A program made the position numbers and the translations under genes. 64,000 nt of DNA from Balanoglossus misakiensis (Eukaryota; Animalia; Hemichordata), in NCBI GenBank assembly GCA_040954595.2, contig CM082578.2, positions 4,260,831-4,324,830 on the forward strand. Direction: 5' to 3'. The notes beneath the pieces were generated by a model. The model did no database searches. It saw only the letters and a program-made list of their open reading frames with translations, and was not told the origin of the DNA. This document shows positions 51,794-62,391 of this stretch, piece by piece. The first letter of the stretch is position 1. The number at the start of each line of letters is the position of its first letter.

Positions 51794-53551
51794 TATAATT
51801 TTACATAAAGCAGACTGACATGGAAGCTTTGATGATTTATTGCGCAACGCATTTTAAATATCCTCGCTCTTGTGCTACCTCTATGTACTTACGAGTAGTC
51901 TAGAGCACATAAGTACTCTTTGGAGTTCACTCAAACAACAATTAAATTTATTGGATAGAAACATGATTGCCTATCAATTATGACTCCATGAAGAATAAAA
52001 TAAAATAATGCATTTCACACGCCCCACGGGAAAACATTGCTGAATTCATCAATCGCATTGTATGTTAACTTTGTACTGTCACACACGCTTCCAAAGTTAG
52101 GTGTGTGACAGTACCGTGAACTTGAATTGTACACGACGTGTCAACTTGTACACCTTCTCTGAGATTAACAACCGGTGAAACTAACCTATGATTAAACATT
52201 TTTAATCATTTTATTACCAATACAACACGAAAGATAGGCAATTGGATTAAACGTTTATCGGAGAAACACTTCCCGACATGTCTCAGTTCTTGATTTATTT
52301 TTACAAGAAAGTACTTGAGACTTTATGCTACGATGGCGTTTCTGGGTAGGCTTATGGTGTGGTGTTAATTCATTCAATAATTTTGATTTTTTCTCGGGTT
52401 ACATTGAATAACCCATCATTGTTACATGTAAATTGTCGAGGGTCGAGAAAGTTCACAAGATCTGGGAACATCAACACCCGCGTGTGAAAAAAAATTCTTC
52501 GGACGTCATTTCAGATATTTTGCAATAATGAGTTTTTTTTTTTTAGATAACTCGAAGGCAAAAACAAAACAGTCCAAGAACACAATGGGTCCGCGTATAC
52601 ATATAAATTGTGATTCTCAATTTTGTCCAGAAATTAATGCACAGCATTCACTATTCTTCAACTGAGGGAATCGAACGAAACGCAGGCAAAGATTAGCATT
52701 CACCGTGCATCGTAGGCTTAATTCTCGCGTCGATTCGTCTTGTTTGGGTTGTAAAACCCATCGCCAAGTGGTGGGCGTTGCCGTGAATTGCAAATTACCA
52801 GCTTAGAGGAAATCCACAGGGAAATTAGCAACCGGTGCATCATTGGTGTGTACACTCCGCGACGATTGCAAATAACGACGCGGAGGACAATGGGATGCAT
52901 CCAGATCAGCGATGGTGTCGACGACAGTTAAAATGGCAGAATTATAGAACCAATGCGACCATACGAGGTCGAATGATTTGTCGCCGTGCTGGTGTAAGTC
53001 TTTGGCGTTTGCTATAAGCTCATATGCGGTTTGACCTCGTTTATTAACAAAGCACTTAGCCATTGCGATTATTAATGCATGTGTTCTTGTCAACTACGAT
53101 CAACGCACGCTAATTACGCATCGACTACAGAACGAGACGTTAATTTTGTGGACAAAAGTGACATCGGCATATTGGTTTCACCTGACGGTTAAAATAACAA
53201 TTTGAGTGGACACAAAGAAGATTTACGTCCCCTTTCACCTGAATTGCTTGGGTGGGATTCCATAATAATTGAAAGATACACATGTTTCGCATCATATAGT
53301 GTAAATGTTCTTCCTTACAACTATATATTTACACTAAAATAATCCTTATCTTGTGCAGCGTGAGTATAATTAAGATGACTGAGTTTATGTCCATATTAGT
53401 TATCTCAAACACGCAATGCCGTAAGGACTTCATTGCTTATTGTAATACTAGTAATGTGTAAAATAGTCACATGTTGATTTTGCTAGTTCTAGATTCAAGT
53501 CATTGTCAATGAAGTGGCACCCTTTGGGAGCACTGTCGCGAGCCGTAGCAA

Positions 53552-53648
53552 CGTATGTATGTATGTATGTATGTATGTATGTATGTATGTATGTATGCAT
53601 GTATGCATGTATGTATGTGTGTGTGTGTATGTACGTATCTATGTATGG
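53552..53648. repeat. (GTAT)n microsatellite
   Basis: Directly visible tandem GTAT/GT repeats. Confidence 0.92.
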
Positions 53649-53983
53649 TATCTGGAGAAACAGCGTATCTGGTTTGCATATACGTGAGCACATAATATAT
53701 CTATATGCGCATACGGTGGGGCACGACGGGGCTTGTCGACATTTACCACAACTCCGCATTAACGTTTACTCGTTCGCTTATTATCGCAATGACAGTTTTA
53801 CACTGAAATGCTGATGAAGTATAATTCATTATGTATTTCGTAGGTTTCCTAGAATGCGAAGAGAAGACGTTGGCACGAATAGACCACTGACACAGCGACA
53901 GCATAGGGTAACACAGCTTCACCACGGCTTTCTGTAGTGTAGGATACAGGGAATAATGTCTCCATCGTCCTCGCCGACTGAAG

Positions 53984-56900
53984 ATGACTGACCAGGTAGA
54001 ATTAGAGGAAGCTAGATTACCCTTGAATCAGCAGCCGAGGAGAATTGAGCGCAAGTGCCGCAAACCGTTCAAGGAGACGAAGAGACGCAGCATCGGGGGT
54101 ATCACCCGATCTTTCGCGCTCAGCACGTCGTGCCACGGGATTCCCAGACTCGCAGCCTCGAAAACAGTCCACAGACGGAGCCTGTGGACGCTGGTGATAA
54201 TTATTGTACTCAGCGGATACATCACACATATGAGTGACTTGCTGAGGAGATACCTGGAGTACCCAGTACGGACTAGACTGATCAAAGAGACGAACGGATC
54301 GCTGCAGTTTCCCGCCGTGACAATTTGTAACGCAAACAAGGTTCGCTTGAGTAAATTGCTTCAGGACTCGTCATATGGCGCCACTGTGTCGGAACTGCTG
54401 CTCAAAATAAAGGAAGAGAAAGGTAACGAAAAAAGTCACACAGTATATGTTCCTAATCTAACTTGAAAGTCTTACATGTATATGGAATCGAAACGTGTGC
54501 AAATCTGATGCAACAACGAAAATACCTATAGCTGTACGGAGAAATATGAATTTACACAAATTTAACGCTTATTTAGTATTCCGTTAAGAGTGAAGTTTGC
54601 AAAGTCTACCAGTCAAATAGTTGGTCGTAAAGGTCCTAATCTTCTGTAAAGGATACGAAAATACTTTATATTTACGTTATTCGCATTCAGAGTCATGCCA
54701 TGTCATTGAACCCAATAAAGAAATTACGTCGCCCTAAATACCTTGATGACAAAAGGGCTATTCAATCGACGTCATGAACTTTTTCTCATATTTTTGTTTC
54801 CTCTTTGTCGGCATTGTTTGCATAAAAACTTGAAATCCCATGAAAACCGGCTTTTACGGACTGCAGGTCTGAGATGCACATAGTGCAAGGGAACCAAAAT
54901 CTGGTCTGATTCAGATTTCCAATACCATAAACCATCAACGAAATACTACATAGACATTTATCATCATTATTAATAACTTTTCTTGCTTGGCGAAATGGTC
55001 AGCATAGTCTACAGTGTATGTTCTTTTATGACAAGGTCTATACGGAATCCACCATTACATATTGGGGGAGAATGGTCAAAATTGCATATCTAGATTTTTC
55101 TCTCTCCAAAATTCTATGTGTGCACATTTCTCTTATTCTTTAGAAATAGTTGATATTACTTCGTATGCAGGCAATAACTTCGTATGCAGGCAATCAATTT
55201 ATTCTAAATTGTTGGCTGATTTTACCAGGTATTACCGACAGAAGACGTAGAAAACGATACCGGAGTGAATTGGGTGAGGATTACGATGGTAAGCTGGTCA
55301 ACATTCAAACACCCCAACATTCAAAATTTTCTCAAAACCATAAATGTGTAATGCAAATATTTGAGGAAAACGATTTGACTTATAATTGGCCATGCCAATG
55401 TTCAAAATTCAAATTCAAATTTTGGTCAGCTCCCGTTATCGTTTTTGATTCTTAAATGACCATACATAGATATTAAAGCGTGCACAGAAAGGATTACAAA
55501 TTTTCAGTCTTGTGAAACGGTATTTCCTTGCTACCACTGCACTGTAAGGCCAGGGACCTTGATTAATAACAAACGATGGGGGCAACTAAATTTTTGTTAT
55601 ATTCCATTTGGTGCTAAACATTCATCTAAGCGAAAGTTTAGACATGTGAAAATGCGACAAAGAAATTCTACTGAACTGAAATACAGGCGCCCCTTCACAA
55701 AGGCCAAATAAAAAAAATATGTGCTGTTCCGATTATACCCGACCTACCGTAATTTTAGCCTACCGACCCTAAACTTGTTAGAGCTTCCTAAACCGGAAGG
55801 AGAAAAAAACAATGTCTCATATCCAAAATTTATGAAAACGTAGTGATACTTTTGACAACGTGATAGATGAGTTCATTTCGAAGATCAATTTTAAAATCGA
55901 TACCTTTAAACCATTTTAATTTACTGAATTTCTGGGTGGCATGCAGATAGTATGTCGACGATTGACAAATTAGTGAGTTGCGAGTATTTTCCATTCGTCA
56001 GATTCACATACATGTACTAGTATCTTGATTTACTTCCGATGCACTTTACAACAGAGAAAAGCGTCCCCTAATAGCACTATGCGAACCAACTCCGTATTTT
56101 GCAGAATCCCAGTACTGCAGGGTGGATATTGGCACTGACAGACGAGGCAGCAATCTGTGGGACTCCGACCCGACAGAGAGGGTCAACACGTCGGCGGAAT
56201 GCTGTCTACTTTGCAGACAGACGCCAGGATGTGTCACGTGGACGTACGACAAGAGAGGCCTCGTTGATCTGGGCAATTGCTGGCTCAGTGAAGTCCTGAT
56301 TGATTCATTGCAGTCCGATTGCTGTAACTCGGGCGTGTTTGACCTGAAAGTGAATTTAACAAGTAAGTCAAGGGATCACATTGGATGCGTTCTACTTCAA
56401 TCCATCGTCAATCCTCGAACCAGGCGTACACAATCAAGAGATCACGGCGAGTGACCAAAAAACATCAGCATGGCGGGGGAAGCATTGCAACGAGGTGTGA
56501 CAACGGCTCTGCATGCATACATGTAGTGACAGTTGGCCGTGCATTGCATGAATGTACATGTATATGTATAGTGACAGCCTGCTTTCCACCCACGCCATGC
56601 GCCACCCCGTATTTTTTGTACAGAAACCAATCTTCGGTCTATGCTGTATCATTTCAAATAACTGCCATGGATGTGAAAAGCGTTAAAGTTTCATTCATTG
56701 AATGTATTCGCTCTCAGTGGCTGTAACACCACCTGCACACCACCTGTTATAACTGATATATGCATGTGGATAGGTCAAAGTATAACGTGTGACAGTATGC
56801 CTCCGCCAGATCAGGTCATTCTGTTGAATAATTCGAGTAATAAAATTATAGTAACGTGCTCGCCCTGAAGTATTCTGCGATAAATAAAACAACAATGACG

Positions 56901-59900
56901 TCCGTTTGTCAATTCTTTTGACAGGCACTCTGGCACCTGAACACCCAGAAGAAAACTCGCAGCGTTGTTTGGTGGAACAAGGCACATCAATTGTTGACGC
57001 AAACGCCACGATAAGGGAAATTTCCACAAATACCTCGGCGCAATGTTGTGCCGTGTGCAGTGATACGTCAGGTTGCCTGGCGTGGACGTTCCATGAATTG
57101 GGAGGCGCTTGTCGGTTGATGAACTCCCGAGGGCGCAGGAAAATTGCAAACGCTGGTGAATTATCAACAAATAGTACGAAAGGTAAATGTAAATTCTTGA
57201 TATTTCGTATATTTGAATACTGAAACCATGGTTCCGTTGTCAGAATTATGTTATGAACGATCTCATTCGCACGTAATTCACATGCTATTTGGCAGTCATG
57301 TTGCCAAGAACAACGTGGAGAAAGTATAACATTGACTGACAACAGAATCGTGAATTAATTATGAAAACTGAAGTAATAACCAAATTGTCTCCAACAGACC
57401 GTTCATGTGAGATATTTTAAGAGTAAGACTGCTGGTAAATGTTTAGAAAGGCCCAATATTATGGTAAATTGCATTGTTAGTATCAATTAAGCCAAATGCA
57501 TAATTACACGATGGCCACTCAAACACTTCAATTTGAAGAACAGAAGAATGAAGCTCATAGATATACCATAGTACGTGTGCTGTTTACACCTGTGGCAAAA
57601 CTAAGAAATCAAAATGGCGCCGTCTACAATTCGCCTAAAACACTTCCTCTCCATCGTCTTTTCAACCAACAAATTTAGTCCATATTCCGCTCTCCCCATC
57701 TGACGGACTGATACGTCATATCTTACAAATCGTCTCCGTGTGACCTATCCATGTAAGGTCATTCAGCGCTTTATCGATTCCGTCTGGCACTGTTCTATCC
57801 ATCTTAAGCGGATGACTGATTGACTTCAGGCCATCGTTTCTACAACACTATTAGTTTGCCTAGCCAATATCGCGGAAAACATTTCCACGTATAAAGGTTC
57901 ATATTTCGCCAGGGTATTCTCTGACCGCGTTAAAGCTCCAAGGGCTGCCACTTTTGCATTATTTCCATCTAACTGGGTATACATAAATGTCTTATCGACA
58001 CCCGATTGTGGCTACATGTTGCAATTTGAACGATGATCTATTAAACGCGTGCCGCACCCGTTTAATCTGCCTCTATACAAAGAGTACACAATCGTGCGTC
58101 AGCAAGAGATAACAAATGATGCAGATACAAATAAAATTTCTTAATAGTGATGACTGTAAAGGATAGGGAGAAGATTTGAAGTATTTTATTGTGTAAAAAA
58201 TATGTGAAATTTGGTAGCTCACGAGGTTTTTTGAGACCCAATAGCTGTCACATCTCACATATTTTTAATCGGGAAATGATTTAATCTTCTCCGCATTCTC
58301 AGTCGACAGAAGACACTGTTTTGAATTTGTGAAGATTTTAATGCCCATGTGACGCGTAAACGATAGTTGTGTATATTTGCAATAGAAAAAAGCATTATTG
58401 TCCTGATTTTCAAAAAAAATGGGTTAAAAATGTCAATGAGAGGTACATATCTCAAGCTGCAAGCAATCATGTTCATTTGTATGTCGTTTGTTTCTGGCTT
58501 GTTTCTGAATTCATCTTCAAAATCCACCATCTTTCAGTCTGTACACAAAGCGCGCGCAATTTCCACGTACGGTTATTGACCACGGACGGATTCTCATTAC
58601 CGTCTTGCATTTCGCCGTTGTCTGAATGTATGCTGATCTAATAGCATTTATCAGCACAAACGCACATACAGTGCGGTGATGATATTTACTGTGTCGTCGC
58701 CTCGGGGTTGTCATTGCACCTTCAGGTTATCAGTGTCAGCGCTATTTTTGTAACATAAAAGCAAAGCGAGTTTGGGGGGGGGTGTGTGATAGAATCGTTT
58801 AGACGACAGATGCACTGCCATAGAAATATCATAACTCAAAGGTTTTTAACTATTCGTTTACGAGGTGAAATGGTGGCCCATACGCAACCTCAACGTCCTC
58901 ACCCAGTGTTATGGGAGACATATACTATTATAGGACATATAATTGCTTGATATTTGCATTTTCAGGTCGTTTAAAGTAACATTTTGCCGAGTCCACTTAT
59001 ATTAAATTCATTAAACTCCGCCACAAATACGTTGCGAACAAATCCGTATAACAGTGATCACAACTGAACGAAAATACTACATAATGACTGCATGACAACT
59101 AAAATAGAATTAACTGACCTTGCTGACCCACCAGTTCTGTAGAAGTCAAGTGTAATCGCAGATCAACCCAAACTTTACCCATTTACGTATCCTAGTTTAT
59201 TTCTCTGCAATCTGCAGAGTCGTATTAGCAACATTACAAACGACTGTATGATAGTCAAGTGATAACATCTGACTCCAGGATGTAAACGCTGCACACGTAT
59301 ATGCAATAGACGCACCATTGCGAAAGAGAAACAAATGTTGTAACTCTTTTTGTTAACTTACAAATACTCTTTTAGATTTGAAGATTCTCAACGGTACAGT
59401 GGACGAGTCAAACATTACAAGCTCCTGTGCCATCGAGAGGAATATAGACCGAATTGGGTTCGATTTGGTGAATGCCACGGACAATAGACAGGTCAGCGCA
59501 GAAAACTGTTGCTCAGCGTGTGCACGGACACGAGGCTGCCTCGCTTGGGTTTTCTACAAGCAACCCGGGTATTACGGCGATTGCAGTCTCAAGTCTGCGA
59601 TAGCAGACGGAATACCATCTCAGTGTTGTGATTCAGGAATTCTCCTCGGACAAAGCCTGACCACGCCTGATACGCCGACAAATATCGGGCCGGTTCTGGC
59701 ATCAGACGAGAGTGTTTCTCCGACACAGAAAAGCAGTCGCGCGACAAGTGAAAGAACGCCATCAGAGGAAGTGACAGAAGGGAGTACCCCAGCTTCTCAA
59801 ACCGATAACCCGACGACGAACGCACACCGCTACACCTACAGTCCATTCGAAGGATACGATGTTAATATCGAATACGACGACGACGTTGATGATGACTTTT

Positions 59901-62391
59901 TAACAGACGACTACATGTTCTTACGGGACATGTTCTACGACGTCGTGCACGACGAAGACGTGTACGTTGATTTTATAAACGGAACCGTCCCACTTCTCCT
60001 TGATAACTGGGAATCAGCCGAGACGGAACTGCAGTATCTGCTGAAAAGCCTGTCAGAGGAAGAGATCGTTGAGTACGGCCACCAAGGCGAGGATATGGTT
60101 CTCCAGTGCGAGTACAACAGGATGCCATGTGACACGAGGTAAACCCGGTGCGCGGTGGTACGGCCATCCATGGGCACCATTGCCTGCTCCGCCAAATTTC
60201 TTAATATCACCGTTGCCCCCTTTTAACAAAAAGTCGCCCTTATTTTGAGAAACACGGGGGAATATCAAACCAACCAGCGCCCTCCATTTTACCAAATCTG
60301 GGAGGAAAGATGATAATGTAGTCTCTTAATTTCAAAATCAATGCCGGATATAGAGAAATCTCTCCTTATGAGATTGGTGTCAGTATCTGATATAGGCGTA
60401 CTACGGGGTGAGATATCTATCTGCATTACTTTCAAATCCAAAAGTTCTGAGTTTGGAGTGTCAATAGGTATTGTGATATTTTGGGGTAAATATCTCAATT
60501 CCTCGTTTTCACTGTACCGCGGTGATGGGTACCCCTTTTCCTGAGAGTGACATCACGGGGGGAGGGGGGCTAGGCACGTAGTTTAACTGCAATTCAGAGT
60601 GATGAAATATGTATATCAAGGCTTTAAACTGTCACACTACACGGAAACTTATGTCCTCAAAGAGACAGAGCAAATATTCAACGAATCTGAGCAAACAGTA
60701 TGAGCTAGTCATTTCTTATACATGAACATATCTATCTACTCATGTTTCGGTAATTTTCCTCGCAATATCAAGTATGCTTCCACCAAGTCACACGCGTACG
60801 ATTTTTATTCATCTGAAAAAAACATTTTCTCGTGTTTTGTAAGGTTCTTAGCAGGTGCAGCCTGTTCCAGACCTTTCTTCTTTCGTTTATTTCTCCTCAG
60901 TGGCGAGTTTATGACTTTCCAAGATCAACGCTACGGCAACTGTTATACTTTCCAATCTGAGTGGAATGAAACACGCCAGTTGTTGAAGTCGGGAAGTGAT
61001 AATGGTGACTATGTACTTTTAGTTTCTTTTGGATTTAACAATGAAATAACATTCACTAAATGTTGCTGATAACAATTCTTCACTGTGATGTCATATCGTG
61101 GGCAAAGGACGAGTAAGGCCCCCAAAAATATGTGCTGTTCCGATTACCCGACCTACCCTAATTTTAGCCCGCCGACACTAATCTTCTTAGAGCTTCCTAA
61201 ACAGGAAGTAAAATTACGATGTCAAATATACACAATTTATGAAAATTGTAAGATTAACGCAATAACTATGACGTCAATCTTCTACACAACGGCGGCCAAA
61301 GATATAACCAAAATTGCAAAATAAAAAAAAATCCTTACTTATACCTACCCTATTTTTGAAAACAAACCATGTAATCGGAACAGCACATATTGCCTAACAA
61401 TAATTTTGCCTAACAATAATTATCATAAATTTGCAGGAGTATATATTAGTACCTCCGTTCCCACTACTTTAATCACGATAATCATAAAACAATCTATCAA
61501 ACCAGCTCAAACAATCAATAATCAACCAGGCCTACTAAAACCACAATTATTGAGGGTCCAATAGATATTTAAAATCTGTACACATTTTTTACTCATATTC
61601 AATGCTGTGAAGTCAAAGTGCTTCAGGTGTTCCGAGGAGATAAAGGGGATATAGCAAATGAATAAATACTGCGACGCTTCATTGACAGTTCAACACGATA
61701 CAAGAAAGTCTCGAACAGCAACATACTCTGACCTCAATTTGAATCAATTATTTATCACTAATAGGACTATAACAAAAAATGCAAAAGTCTCTAGTGTCAA
61801 GTGAATACCAGCAGTACACCAAACACGAACATCGTGGCTACTGATTTAAACGGCCTGTGCCGCTGCTGACTCTGAAAATCTTATTCTGAATTTGAACCCT
61901 CTTTTGAGAAAAAAAAAAGACCAATTTTTATAATGAATTAACTTGGCTGTGTAAGTCGGTTATTTGGAAAATGGAGTAAAAAACCAAAAGGGTCCATGCG
62001 CTAACACCCTTTGAAATTTGTTGATCTCAAATTATCTTCAATATCTACTAATCGAGTGATATAATAATTTGAATATCATAAAATGTAATTTGTGACTTGA
62101 CATATTTAATGTGGTTGCAGTTTCATTTCCTTCTTTCAAGTTCCTTTTTTATGATTATTTTTTCTTTTAACAATGTGTCGTGACCAAGAAACTGTGTTTA
62201 ATACTGGTCTTTGTTTATTTATGGTAGGTTTAAAACTGACTTTATACGCCGACCAGGAAGAGTACGTAGGCCCAGTCAGCAAGGCGGCGGGATTCCGGGT
62301 CATTGTGCACGCCCCTCTAACCATGGCCTTGCCAGATCAGGCGGGCGTCAATGTTCAACCGGGCACATCGGCGTCGCTTGGAATCAGCTTG
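53984..62391 (+). CDS. DEG/ENaC (amiloride-sensitive sodium channel/degenerin) family subunit with three PAN/Apple domains in the extracellular finger; 5' part, continues past window end
   Basis: Exons 53984-54422 (STSCHGIPR HG motif, TM1 LWTLVIIIVLSGYITH, LQFPAVTICNANKVRLS), 55229-55288 (DRRRRKR), 56105-56362 (PAN1), 56925-57182 (PAN2), 59376-60138 (PAN3, S/T stalk, acidic tract, YGHQGEDMVLQCEYNRMPC), 60901-61004 (YGNCYTFQ), 62228-62391 (GLKLTLYADQEEY..AAGFRVIVH..GVNVQPG). All are GT-AG with consistent phases 1,1,1,1,2,1,0. The thumb domain and TM2 are not in the window. Confidence 0.93.
55701..55860. repeat. Interspersed repeat/MITE fragment
   Basis: AAGGCC...ATATGTGCTGTTCCGATTA..CCGACCTACC..AATTTTAGCC shared with 61113-61397. 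Confidence 0.6.
57934..58230. mobile_element. MITE family D, degenerate
   Basis: TTAA-AGCTCCAAGGGCTGCCACTTTTGCATTATTT...; internal similarity to the 46913 copy. Confidence 0.6.
61113..61397. mobile_element. MITE (possibly PIF/Harbinger-like, TAA-flanked)
   Basis: Inverted AATATGTGCTGTTCCGATTAC / GTAATCGGAACAGCACATATT with TAAGGC...GCCTAA ends. Confidence 0.6.

Noticed and set aside
53448-53814. ORFs with YVCM/YIHT repeats upstream of the channel
   Set aside because: Translations of the (GTAT)n microsatellite.
56055-56104. Alternative upstream acceptor for channel exon 3 (ACAG at 56051-56054)
   Set aside because: Gives an in-frame TAA after four codons; the acceptor ending at 56104 keeps the frame.
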